64,000 nt of DNA from Podarcis gaigeae (GCA_964106915.2 OZ066921.1); one strand, 5' to 3'; shown: positions 23,843 to 36,390, counted from the first letter of the stretch. Numbers and translations are program-made. Notes: generated by a model from the letters alone, not told the origin.

Positions 23843-24228
23843 CAGTGGTGCCCCGCAAGACGAATGCCTCGCAAGACGGAAAACCCGCTAGACGAAAGGG
23901 TTTTCCGTTTTGGAGGTGCTTCGCAAAATGAATTACCTATGGGCTTGCTTCGCAAGACGAAAATGTCTTGCGAGTTCCTGCGGGTTTTTTTCCTTTTTCC
24001 TTTTCCCCAAGCCGCTAAGCCGCTTATCAGCTGATCCGCTAAGCCGCTTAACAGCTGATCCGCTAAGCCACTTAACAGCTGATCCGCTAAGCCGCTTAAC
24101 AGCTGATCCGCTAAACCGCTTATCAGCTGATCCGCTAAGCCGCTAATGGGCTTGCTTCGCAAGACGAAAAAACCGCAAGACGAAGAGACTCGCGGAACGG
24201 ATTCTTTTCGTCTTGCGAGGCACCACTG
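23843..24228. mobile_element. Tc1/mariner (Tigger/pogo-like) MITE with internal 24-bp tandem array
   Basis: TA|CAGTGGTGCC...GGCACCACTG|TA. About 5.5 copies of gctgatccgctaagccgcttaaca at 24011-24145. Confidence 0.9.
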
Positions 24229-24944
24229 TACAGACACTGTGGCTGTGCTATAGAAAGACAAAATGAAATCCAGGGTTGATATACAGATATTGTAAATCTG
24301 CCATACAGTTTAATGAGGAATATTAGGGTAGGAAAGAGTTACATCAGGAACATGCAAGGAAAAAGAAAGAGGTAAAATGAGAGTCAAAACATTTTAAAAT
24401 AAGAGGAAGTGTATATGAAAGCCCAACCCAATTCTGTGGCCATTGAACTCCTAGGCAAATATAAAACCATTAGGCTTTCAAACAAAAGCACAGTAAGCAC
24501 ATCTCAGATTTAGAGGGAATTATCAGTGTTTATTTAGAAAGAAAAATATATAACATGAAAAGATCATGGGAGAAAAATAGTCGTCTTTGATGTGCAATAA
24601 TTAATTCCTTTACTGATGTGAAAACTTTATTGCGTTCTTTACCTTCTCCCTATTGTTGAGTTTAAACTTAATTCACTTAAGTGAATTGGTAACCTTTCGT
24701 TTAATGGCACAGTAGCAGCTAAGAACATAGCATGTGAATCAAGGAGTTGCTTTAAGGGTCAGGGCAATATGACCTGGTTATAAATTAATCTTGCAGAGGC
24801 CTATTTTCCCAGTCTAGTCATCTCACAGAGGCTAGCTGTCTATTTTAAAGTGTCCTTAATCCCTGGAACTTTATATATAAGGCTCTGATCAATGTAGTGA
24901 AAACAGGTGACAATTGTATTAAAATGAAATCCATTAGCATGGTA

Positions 24945-25170
24945 CAGTGGTACCTCTGGTTACGTACTTAATTTGTTCCGGAGGTCCATTCTTAACCTGA
25001 AACTGTTCTTAACCTGAAGCACCACTTTAGCTAATGGGGCCTCCCGCTGCTGCCGTGCCGCTGTTGCACGATTTCTGTTCTCATCCTGAAGCAAAGTTCT
25101 TAACCCGAGGTACTATTTCTGGGTTAGTGGAGTCTGTAACCTGAAGTGTATGTAACCCAAGGTACCACTG
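24945..25170. mobile_element. Tc1/mariner (Tigger-like) MITE, copy A
   Basis: TA|CAGTGGTACCT...AGGTACCACTG|TA. Confidence 0.9.
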
Positions 25171-25286
25171 TAATAATAAGAAGCATTTCCGGACTACTTT
25201 TTTTTAATGAGATTGCACTAAGCACAAGAAATGTTTGGTACACCAGTTACAGAATTAATAAGATCAATCAACTTCACATGCATGTA

Positions 25287-25517
25287 CGGTGATACCTTGG
25301 GTTACAGACACTTCAGGTTACAGATGCTTCAGGTTACAGACTCCGCTAACCCAGAAATAGTACCTCAGGTTAAGAACTTTGCTTCAGGATGAGAACAGAA
25401 ATTGTGCTGTGGCAGTGGGAGGCCCCATTAGCTAAAGTAGTATCTCAGATTAAGAACAATTTCAGGTTAAGAACGGACCTCCAGAACGAATTAAGTTCTT
25501 AACCCAAGGTACCACTG
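25287..25517. mobile_element. Tc1/mariner (Tigger-like) MITE, copy B, inverted relative to copy A
   Basis: TA|CGGTGATACCT...AGGTACCACTG|TA. The body is the reverse complement of 24945-25170. Confidence 0.9.
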
Positions 25518-27187
25518 TACTGGCCTCCAGATATGCTTTGAGTTAGGATAGCTCAGATCTTCAAGAATACTTTGAAAAGGGCTTTGGCACTTTAAAAATT
25601 ATTAATCCCCCCCTCATAAGAAACCTATTGCAACATCTTGAAAATGAGAGTGGGTGTGGGTATGGCTATTTAAAAGTTAGGATAGAATCTCAACCAGTAA
25701 TCTACTCCAGTGCCATGGGAGTAAAGCACACCTTATGTAGTTTCATAACTGCCCTTGGGTGGTGCTGTGCAGTTTTGGGCTCTTCAGGCCAGAACAGATG
25801 GTAGTGTTATGAGCACATCATTACCAGTGGTGTTAGATGTTTGCTCTGTTGTGTTTCCATTCAAAACCTCCTCTGTAAAAGTCAGTCATTAAAAAGCACT
25901 TTAGGCTAAAATTTGATAGGCAGGCACCTTGTGGTATTAGCCATTTTTTCCACCCATTGGGGAAATCTTGTAATCGTTTAAGCAGACTTTACTGTGGATG
26001 GTATTTGTATTGGAAATAGTCCTTTTCTGCTATATGTTCCTGCAGGAGATCTTTGACCTTGGAGCTGTTAATACACAGGCACAGACTACAGGCCCCCAGC
26101 CATAGTCATTTGGTTTTCAAGGTAGCTGTGTTTCTTTGCCAGACTCTGCACCTACCAAGGGAAGGGGGTAAGGTCCTTGAATCCAGGCAAGGCTGGGTGC
26201 AGTGAGGCAGAGGCAAAGAAGAAGCAAGACAGATCTGTGGCAAGGAGCAGCAGAAGAGTTCTTTCATTGTCTGGAGCACAGGTGGGAACCTTACTCAGCC
26301 CAAGGACTTCATTCCCTCATGGGCAACCTTCCAAAGGAGGCCACATACCTGTATTGGCCGGGGCAAAAGTTGGCAGAGCAATGGATGTGACTCTTTCCTT
26401 TGTACATTAGGCTACATTCTAGCCATGCAAAAGCCAGGGGTTTATATGCATGCACATAAACCCTTCTCCATTAAGGCAGGCAAGAGATGTTTCATTCAGG
26501 CAAAAGCACTCAAGGAGGGCATGGAGTAGGAGCAGTAAAGGGTGGGACATAGCCAGGGGAGAGTCACAAGGGCCACATTGACCCCTGGGCCCAACATTCC
26601 TCATCCCTGGTCTGACCTGGACGAGGTAGGCATAGCAGATCTGTTCTCCTGATAACAGATTTCTTTGAGTGAAATTACTGTATTACTTTAACCAACATCC
26701 ATTAGGGAAGTTGCAACAAACAACTTGTTTCTTAAGTTTCTTGTAACTTCTCATTGTTCTGCACTTCATAGTTATACAAGGCAACTCTGGTTCAGAACTG
26801 TGTGCACTGATGTCTGCATGCTGCTGTTTTTTAGGGCAAGGGAGCCTTGTCAGATTATAACAATGTAGAAAGAGAGAATCTTACAAACAATTGTGTGTGA
26901 ATGAGTTTGCCAGTACTCCTTTGCTTGTACTTCTGACCTAGCCAAGATGATACTCTAGTCTTTGGCAACAAATGGTAATCGTTTGAAGATAAGACATTTC
27001 TCATTAAACAGATTAGCATTTAAGGCAGCTATTTAAAGCAGCCATTAGTATTTAAGGCAGTATTTAAAGTAGTTCCCATGATTCCTGTTTGTAGGGTGTT
27101 TAGTCTTCTATTCTTAGATCATAATCATCTAACAATTTAATTTTGTGTGGGTGGGCAACTTCATGCTTGAATGGAAAATATTTCTGT

Positions 27188-27570
27188 ACCCATTTCATTC
27201 CAGCTTCAGGCCTGGATATTGGGATGGAAACTGCATTGATCACCCTGAGCAGTGACCTGTTTGGGGAGAAGGACAGGAGGAGTGTGACTCTGTTAATTCT
27301 CCTTTACTGCACCATAGCTTTTGATACCATTGACCATGGTATCCTTATAGACTATCACATGATTTTGGGAGTTAGAGATAGTGCATTGCTATGGTTCTTC
27401 TTTATTGAGGTCTGGCTCCAGAAACTATAATTGGGTTGCTACTGCTTGTGGGATTCTGCAGGCTCCAGCCTTGTAACCCATTTTGTTTAATACCTTTTGA
27501 AGTTATTGGGAGCTGTCATTGGGGGATTTGGAGTGAAGTGCCATCAATATGCTGATGACACCCACCCCTG
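27188..27570 (+). mobile_element. L2 LINE ORF2 reverse-transcriptase fragment (decayed)
   Basis: GMETALITL..DL...LLILL...AFDTIDHGIL and a downstream YADDT motif (tatgctgatgacacc), with frameshifts. Confidence 0.85.
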
Positions 27571-27618
27571 ATAAGTTATGTTTATTACTAGAGAGTAGAA
27601 ATGAAGTAGGGTTTTTTA

Positions 27619-27645
27619 AAACAACAACAACAACAACAACAACAA
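27619..27645. repeat. (AAC)n microsatellite
   Basis: Read directly from the sequence. Confidence 0.85.
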
Positions 27646-27729
27646 CCCAGATATAATTATTTCCTTGATTACATCTATGCTGTTGGATTCTTATTTAAAA
27701 TTGTTATCATTTTATTTCTCTTTGCTCAG

Positions 27730-28424
27730 ATGCAAGCTGGACTAGAGGCACTTGTCTGCCAGGGAAGGCTCTGCAGGGAGGCCATCTGAGGTCACTGGAT
27801 GGCGTTCACCTCCAGCTGCTGGAAGGATTTCACTCTGTCCAATCTTGTCAAGCTACTTGCTGTCAGAGCCCTACCTGTGATGCCTTTTGGCTCAAGGGAA
27901 AGATGTGCATCCAAGTGAACTGTATCAAGCCTCATTGGTGTCAGGCAATCTGGACCAACACCACTGACTCGATCTTGGTGTTTGTAAAGAGATCTGAGCA
28001 TATGATAAATGCCCAACCTGCAGCAGAGAGGAGAGGTTATCTTCCTAAGTGGCTGGACTGGAGGGAAGGACATCAAAGTAAAACAAGGATGAGAAGGTCC
28101 TTCAAAGAGTTACTGGCTTACAGAGCACACTTGGCAGACATCAGGGGAAGCTCTCTTAAGAGGGACACAGGCTCCAACAACGGAGGTCCTGTAGCCCATC
28201 CTGCTCCATCTCAGCCCTTGGATAGTAAATCCACCCATAATGATCTGACGGAAGCTCCTTCTTCACATCAAGAAACAAACTTTCCCAGAAACCACATTGA
28301 TCCAGAAAAAAACCTGCTGCCAAACAGTGAAGACTTGAAAACAACCAAATTCAAAAGCTCATCTCCCCCCAGCAGCAATAATGTGAACAGACCAAGTGAC
28401 CTTGCTGGGAGTGGCCTCATGAGG
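27730..28424 (+). CDS. KIAA0319L: KIAA0319L exon 3 (MANSC/MANEC Cys domain plus start of low-complexity linker), 695 nt
   Basis: ctcag|AT acceptor and AGG|gtaagt donor. Cys pattern SCQATCCQSPTCDAFWLKGKMCIQVNC. Phase 1 in, 0 out. Confidence 0.93.
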
Positions 28425-30948
28425 GTAAGTGCAAGATAATATTGTTAATGTCAACACTAATCCAAAATCTGTTGTATAAATGCTTTATAATCTTTTTTTA
28501 TTGTACAATAGCAGCAACATACTTGACATTGTTTGGAAATTCTAAGAAATAAAAAAAAATCAAAACAGTTTTGAAAACGGTTGTTAGAATCGGTGCAGTT
28601 TTAAAAGGTTCAGTCCACTGCCTTGATGAGAAATGGTACCCAAAGGTTCACTCTTGCATTTGTGGATTAATGAACTGATAGGTTTGACTTGCTTGATGAG
28701 GAACCTCAAGCCCAGAGACTGAATGCAGCCTTCCAGGCCTCTCTATACAGCCCTTGGGACTCTCCTCAAGTCACACTCCTCACTGGCTTTGCTCCATGCT
28801 CTTCTCAGACAGTTTTGTCTGGCTGAAATATGTCCATGAATTGTGATGATGGAGAGATATGTCTGTCAAGTAAAAAAATGAAGTTGGAAGACGCCCCCCC
28901 CCCCAGCTTTTTCCTTAAGAAAGTCTAGAAAGGAAGAGAACTTGTCAGCTGGGATGCCTCTGCTTGAAGGTACCTCAGACAGAGGGAAAGTCTGGCAGAG
29001 AAGGGCATACACTGCCTTGGACACTCCTGATTGAAGATAACTCACGTGCCTTTTCTAAGAGGAGTGCTGGTGGGGGGAGGACCATTACAGTTTAGACACA
29101 ACTGCTGAAAGTCTAACCTCCCACACACTGGATTTTCTGGTGGAGAGTATTCCAGCTTGGGCACCATTAGGTAAAGCTGCTTGGATCACTTTTTCCTAGA
29201 GATCACCCCTCTGCCTGCACTGACCTTTCCTGTTCTGGAGCACAAAAGGCTACAAGTGCTGATTTAGCCTTGCATAGCCCAGGCTTTCCAGGCACCTTGG
29301 CCACAGAGCTGCCAAACATCTCCCAGTCTTCCCCTTTCATAGTTAGAAATAAAACTGGTTGCTTATAACTTCATGGCAAGTGCAACAAACAGAATGGTTG
29401 AACTCAGCATATGTGGGGTGTGTGTACCAAGTGTACTTTTTTACTTGCATCCAGGTAAGGGTGCAACAGAGAGTCTTCCACAGCAGACAACTCAGTGACA
29501 TAACTCTTATCAGTGGGGTCTATCTCATTTTTAGAAATCCCTTGCTCAACTTAGTATGTTTTCAGTAGATTGTGGTTCTTAAAAGCTGTTATTCTCATGT
29601 ACCTGGTTGCAGATTTTGCAGTCCCAGGTTACATTGCAGCTGTGATATGAGAACTGCCAACCTGGTAGAACAGGATGCGGCTCAGAGCCAAAGGACATGA
29701 CTAGGAAACCTGGAGCTATCCTAGTTAGCATGCAAAACAACCGCATGGTTTAACTTTGCCTTGCTGACTCAGCTGTCCCTCAGCCCTTGACTTCTTAACA
29801 GTCACTTAGGAACTGCTGTTTGGCTCCTCTGTCTCAGCAATACATCAATAATGATGCTTCCCTAAAACCGTAACCATCTGGCCTCTCACAAGAGACTGTC
29901 ACTCAGGAAGTGATCCAGTGTGGTAGAGACTCCACTGCAATCCCTCTGCTAAGATTGATTCTTGCTTGCCCTAAGTGATAAATAGTAATGTGTCCCTAAT
30001 TTCCCTGCTGATTTCAACAACAGGGTGTTGAGCTCTGAGCTATCAGATTCTCTTCTAATGCTCCAGCTGAGCAGAGAATGTAAAATTAAGGCTGTAAAAA
30101 TAAATTCTCTGAAATCTGATGTTTTGCTGCAATTCCAGGCCACTTCCCTAGGGTTACCACTAAAGACCCATTTGTGATTTCTCTCATGGAGAACTTTCAT
30201 TTTTTGATTTCCAAGTTATGGAAAGCAGGTTTTGCAATAACTGAAGGTCCCCACAGGACAAAAATCTTCATAAGAAAGAGAGAATATAATTTGCACAACA
30301 ACCATCTTAAAATCACAGCCACGAGTAGTCCTATAACCCACGTCCTCCTACAAGATCTAAGTGTAGTTATGTACATTTAAAGATTGATGCACACTGTCTA
30401 TTTTGCTTCTTATAGTAATTTAAAAGGGGGACTTGCCAGGCAGTGTTGCTGTGTATCTCCACCCTCTCAGGCATACTCCTGTTCAGGGCTCCAGTCAACC
30501 AGAAGCAGGAGCCTTGCAGTGCTTTTCAGGGTTGCGGGGAGATATTCAGGAGTGGGAAAGGGATAGGATACACACACTACACTGCTGCCCAGCAACCTCC
30601 TGCATTGCTATAGAGCTCCCAGTCCCAACCTGGCATTCTCCCTTGGAAGTGGCATTTTTAAAGAATATTTTGCTTCTTATAGCAGTATTGTAGCTTGATT
30701 GATAAATAGTGGATTTAAGACATATTCTCATAGGATCAAATAATATTCTGAGGGAAATGAAGTGAGAAAATGTTAACTAGAATTTGGCGTACCCCGGCTT
30801 TTGTCTAAGGCAAGCAAGGGGAAAATACCACATCTTATTCTTAGCACTACATTGCATTAAACATAAACTGTATCAGTGTACCTCCACATAATGAGACGGG
30901 GGCTGTGGAAGAAAGGGAAGTCATGCTGTGTGTGAGATGCAATAATGA

Positions 30949-33080
30949 TAGGGCAGGAATTATTAATTACTGGGGATGTCTAACGATGTCAGAGAAATCC
31001 AAAGAAAGCAGAAAAAGGAGCAGGAATTATCAGCATTCACTTTTTTGCCCCGTGTCTGGAACAGAAATCAATCCAGTGAATATAAGTGGTATTCACTGTT
31101 GTTTTCAGTCGGCAACGGATACATAACTGATTATGCTTCTGCCATCCAGTTTGCATTGTGTTCCCTTTGCAGTTAAATGAATGGGACGGAATGGAATAAT
31201 ATAATGGCAACCTAAATTATGTAATTATTTAACTACTTTACATAAGTTATGTTATTTCACCTCAGTGAAAGACAAATAATGAAATTTTTGGTGGAAGACA
31301 AACTGCAGCAGAATAAAAACAGTACTGTATGCAACAAATACAGGGCAGAACAGAAACTCATAATGATGTTGTATGCACTTGTCTGTGGACCTGTCTGTGA
31401 CATTCATGTATCTATTATCCAAACTGTTGTAACAAACACACTTGGTGAGGGAGAAGGAATTTCATTTTGCCAATACCAACACACTGCATTTTCCCTACAA
31501 CAGACGCACTATGTTGGGGGAAGATAGTCTCACATTTACTGCTCATATTAAAAATGTTTGAAAGCCCCTCAGGAAGACAAATTGGCATATGCTCATGAGA
31601 GTGAGTGAGAGTCTGTCACGTGCCAAGTTGCAGTCTGGCTCCATTGCCAAATTAGTGCCTTTGTCTTCAAGCGCAATGCTGTGTATTTGAGTCAGACAAC
31701 GGTGATTGACTAGTCAAGAGAAGTATTCAAGTACAGCACTGTTGATTAAGGGGTCTGCTGCTGCATCACTGTGTATGCTTGCAGAAGCAACCCCTATAAA
31801 TAATGCACTTTTTTCAAATGAAACTCTTACAAGGTTAGTGTTTCTTGCCTTCCACTTTGACTGTGGTGTAGCTGAAGTGTCTTTATCCTTGGCCAGTGTT
31901 TGCTTGCCTTGGTTACTGATCATATTTGCTGCATTTGCAAATTTAGGTCCTGTGATCAGAGTTGAACATTGTTCTAGATATATTAGAACGTGACCCCCTG
32001 CCCCTAAAAACATAGGGATTGACACAGAAAGCTGTTCATTAGCAGAATATGTGGAGGAACCAAGAGGGAAGAAACCAGAATTTGCCAGTAACAAAACATT
32101 GAATTTTGAGAACTGTTTCATAACAGTTACTTATGAAAAGGTTGCACATATTAAAAATGTATGTGCCTGTGTCTATTTCTAGACTATTGATGGGCAAACT
32201 GCGCTCCCTGTCTTGAATTGGCTCAGTGCAAGCTTTCTTGGTGATTGTCCTGAAACAGATGTCTGTTTTAAGAGAGTTCCAGATAGTTAGCACATGCACA
32301 GTGATAGTGCTGTACAACGTGCACACAGTTGTATATTACATTCTGAGAAATGTAGTTTGATCTCTCTTGTGGTGCACTCCAGCCCATTGAACACCAGCTA
32401 TTGTGGAAAGGCCTCTCAATCTCCCGCTAAAAAAAACACACAACACCATGCAGGAGAAGAGAGGGATTGGGGTCTGGATGGGGAGGCAACCACCACATAA
32501 AATCTTTGAAAGAAATAATTAAGATAATTGATTCACACAATTAGAGAAGTTGCTTGCCAACATGAGCCTGCTTGTTGATTTGATGATTTGATCACATATT
32601 TCACAACAGTAAATGAGAGTTCATTGCATATGAGGCTGCAGTGTTGAAAGAACTTCTTTTCATATGCCTTCAAAGCAACTGGCTTTGTAGTTTTGCAGCA
32701 ATCAACAAGAGTTTCATTGAGAGTCATGGGTTAACATTAAATAAAGTTTGTGTACATTGTGGTTTGGGGCCCTTGGTCTCCGGGATGTACACCTTCAGAA
32801 TCTCATTTAACATTCCATACCAGAGAATAGCTTCTTGAGGAAACAAGGCTTGATCCAAAATTATATGAACATTACCAGCCTATCAAATTCATATACTAAA
32901 CCAGATAACTAGTGCTGTCACCAATATTCATAATCCAGATTGACTCAGTCCAATAGTCTCCAGTGGTCTCTCTCTCCATCTATGAATTGAATGTGTGTTT
33001 TGATCATCCCTTTAAATTCAGCTGATACCACATCTTGAACAGAACAGCACCGCAACCCAAAATTATTTCATAACTGGGGC
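30949..33080 (-). mobile_element. Decayed hAT-superfamily transposon with transposase pseudogene remnants
   Basis: One minus-strand frame 32727-31545 (about 390 codons, 8 internal stops) carries hAT-like motifs in the expected order. The terminal region is shared with the MITE at 21758-22188. Ends approximate. Confidence 0.55.
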
Positions 33081-33847
33081 CCTGAGCCCAGAGTTCAAAT
33101 CCAGAGCTTTATGGGCTGATACTCACCTTCCCAAATTACATAACGTACATGATAACAGAAGTCATGAATTTCTCGCCCTTAGCTTGACCTTTTAAGTATT
33201 GCCATTTGACTGTGCCACAAGAAAGTGTGCTGTGATGTTTTTGTTTGTTATGAAAATCAAGTCCAGGTTGTTGATATTTCTGTGTGCTGTGATTTAAATG
33301 TTCATCTTATGCTATACAAAGATCAACTGAGGAAAATATGTAGCATATACAGATAAGCCCAGTTAAAGCTGAAATGTCTGGTTCTGGCTGCCTCAGGCTA
33401 CTCACCGGAATGAGGAGGGCCTGGGGAAGGAATTTTCTTATGAAAGAAAGGAAATTGTTTTCATCTGTCCCCTTGTCTTGTTTACACTGGTCTGATTAGT
33501 CTCTCACGGCACTCAAAAGTGGGAGTATTTTATAAGTGAGCAAAATGGGCTTGTCACCCAAGTTCTTGACCATAAAGCCAGAAATTCTGTTTGCACAATG
33601 TGCTCCTTTTGAACATCCAGTTCTCTCATGTGGCAGAGGCTGTTAGTTAATTTACTTTTGCATAATCCCATCATTTTTTTGCCATTCAGGCCTATTATTA
33701 TTATTATTTGCACCCTTCACCAACAGGTTCCAAGGCAGGTTACAACAATTTAAAGCACACCTCTCAGGCATGCAAAGGCCAGGATAAAGTGTTAGCTGAA
33801 AACTGTATAGTGAAGGTGTGACAGGGAAGGAATTTTACAATTTAGAG

Positions 33848-34048
33848 CAGAGGTCAGCAACCTTTTTCAGCCATTGGCTGGTCCACAGTCCCTCAGACCA
33901 TGTGGTGGGCTGGACTATATTTTTTGGGGGGAAATGAATGAGTTCCTATGCCCCACAAATAACACAGAGATGCATTTTAAATAAAAGGACACTTTCTACT
34001 CATGTAAAAACATGCTGATTCCCACGGGCCTTGGGTTGCCTACCCCTG
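33848..34048. mobile_element. hAT-Charlie-like MITE
   Basis: CAGAGGTCAGCAACC...GGTTGCCTACCCCTG TIRs. TSD atttagag/atttaaag. Confidence 0.85.
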
Positions 34049-34638
34049 ATTTAAAGGAATGCAAACTGTGGTTAATGTGCATAACGAGCCACTGTTCATA
34101 TTCAAGTGTATATAATCATTCCATGAAGAAGGAATTATGCACACTTCCCAGTCGAGATGCATAATCTGCAATAGGCCTTGGGAAATGTGCATATATTGAC
34201 AGAATTTTATACGTTCTTTAGTCAGGATACCTAACCTTCAACAGGCCCCTGGGAGTGGTCATATCTCAATTGCATTTTGCACATTTTCCAGGCAGCATGC
34301 ACTTTCTCCAATCAGCATGCAGTCTCCAGAAACTTGATTTCCCCCTATCTTTCTTGTCCAGAAATGTGCAATTTGTGCACTTGTGCGCACCCCCAGCTGT
34401 TTCTAGCCAAACATGTTTTTCTCAAGTGATATGACACATACATTAATAATGAATATTACTACTACTACTACATCATTTTCCCTACTCTTCCTCTGAATGG
34501 GGCCCTTGAATGGGGTGAAATTTCTGACAGAGAGGGGAAATTTCCATGACTAGTGATGATAAGAGTTAGGTTGTAAATGCCATTTTGAATGTTGTAGTCA
34601 GTGAATGCTTTGTCACATTCCTTTCTTGCTTTCACTAG

Positions 34639-34912
34639 GCCCCTGTTGGAGCCTCCACTTCAGAACCCTCTCTGGCAGCTGCATTCCCCAGTCCTGTTGC
34701 AAACGCTGAGAAAGTCGAGCCATCCAGCAACACTTCTACCCAGCCTTTCTCGTTGGAGGATGCCATTCCAACTTCTAGCAGTCTTCATGGGAAGGGTATG
34801 GGGGAAACGCAGCTGGTTACTTCTGTTCCAACTGGCACTCCCACCAATGATAGTAATCCTGTAGTCCCAACAAACCCTGCTGTGCAACCCAGCACTGCTG
34901 CCCCAACGCCAG
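34639..34912 (+). CDS. KIAA0319L: KIAA0319L exon 4 (Ser/Thr/Pro-rich mucin-like linker), 274 nt
   Basis: ttcactag|GCC acceptor and CAG|gtaaga donor. Open frame, phase 0 in, 1 out. Confidence 0.88.
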
Positions 34913-36390
34913 GTAAGAGCAACTGTCGGCTGAGGAGATGTTGTAAGCCTGCCTTTAAATGCTACTGACATAGTTCCACAATCTCAGCTCTTGATCTGAC
35001 TGTTCATTTGCCAAATGTTTTGACAGAAGTTTTCTTCTAGTGCTTGTTTAAAACATCACATCTTGCTATCTTAGTTCGGAAGAGGGGGAAAAAACCTTTT
35101 GGTGATATTGTACAAAATCTAGGAACGTATCATTCTGGTTTTGCACTTTTCCACAGCTACTCTTTTGTGTTGTGCATTGCTTGATTAAGTGAAATAAACC
35201 TTTTACAGTGCTTGGCCTCAGATGAGAAATTATTACAAAAAACTATATACAGCTGCCTTTTCTGGGACCCACCTCTAACTTCAACCTTCAGTTTGAGATC
35301 TGCTTTTAATTTTTACATTTTACATCTCTGTTTTCTACATTCCCATTCCAACTTTGTCATTCTCCTTCTCTGGTGTTCTACTGTTCCATATCCCCCCCTT
35401 ATTCTGAAGCTAAAGTGCCATTTCATTTTTGTTGTATGTTTGTTGCAAGGGGGCAATGAAGGGCTGGTCTGTTTGAGAAGAACTGGAGTGCTTTTAAAAT
35501 TGAAACAAAGCATAAAGATCAATTTCAGTGATACCACCCCATATGCAAAGGTACAACAAGTACCAGAGAGTTAACTTTTATGGGATCTGCATACTTACTT
35601 GGACCCTAAAATGCTTCTCAGTTTCCAGCTCAGAATAGTGCAAATTCTTGCTATGTTTGCAAAAGGCTAAGCTTACAGTTGAATAAATAGAGGCTCTTGT
35701 CCCTCTCAGTTTGAGAAAGAGCAGCTAAATATGTCTCCTGAAACATATCTGATTCAGCTCTTCTCATCTCTACTGCACCTGGCTGACATCTCCCTTCAGT
35801 ACAGAGCACAAAGTGCATGTTGAATTTTCCAGAAAGATAGCAAAGAGTTTAATTTCTGTATGATTCTGTTGGTTTGTATTCACTTTCAGTTTAAAATCTC
35901 AAATGGCATCTAAGTTTAAAGGATGGGATGTTATAGTTTAATAATTTGTAGCTTGTTATTTCTAAAGCTTTGCAACTAAGGGCTTGTGGTGCACTTTAAT
36001 TGTGAGACGTGGGATGATTTCTGCAAGCAATTTCTGTGCCCGGGGTTATTACGCACAGCTTGCTTCTCATCAAAAACATGCATTTCCGTATTCCAGGCTC
36101 CAGAATATTGAAAACTGCTGTAGTTAATTGAGAAGCATATGACTCATTCACACAATGGCCCCTTTTGGATGTAACAGGTTTAAAACTATTGGTTAGCATG
36201 GCATGCACAACAAGCAGCAGCAGCAACCCTTAAGCTTAGTGTGGGTGAGGGAAGATTGGAAGCTTTCACTTCTGGTTTAAAACAAAACAGAGTTTCTCAT
36301 TGTATCCAAATGTGTTGGGGTGGAGGACTCTAGTTTGTTCAAACATGTCAAGATCAAGCCATACTTTAAACAAACCAGTTTAGACATAAT

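Noticed and set aside
24011-24145. Regularly spaced repeats resembling a CRISPR array
   Set aside because: The units are contiguous with no unique spacers, and the context is a vertebrate intron.
23716-24261. 181-aa minus-strand ORF with (ISGLADQL)n repeats
   Set aside because: It is the translation of the 24-bp tandem array inside a TA-flanked MITE, with no splice or homology support.
31400-33080. Possible endogenous viral element (parvovirus or bornavirus) inside the AAV receptor gene
   Set aside because: I recognised no Rep Walker/HUH, capsid or bornaviral motifs. Motif order and the shared MITE terminus fit a hAT transposase better, though a profile search is needed to close this.
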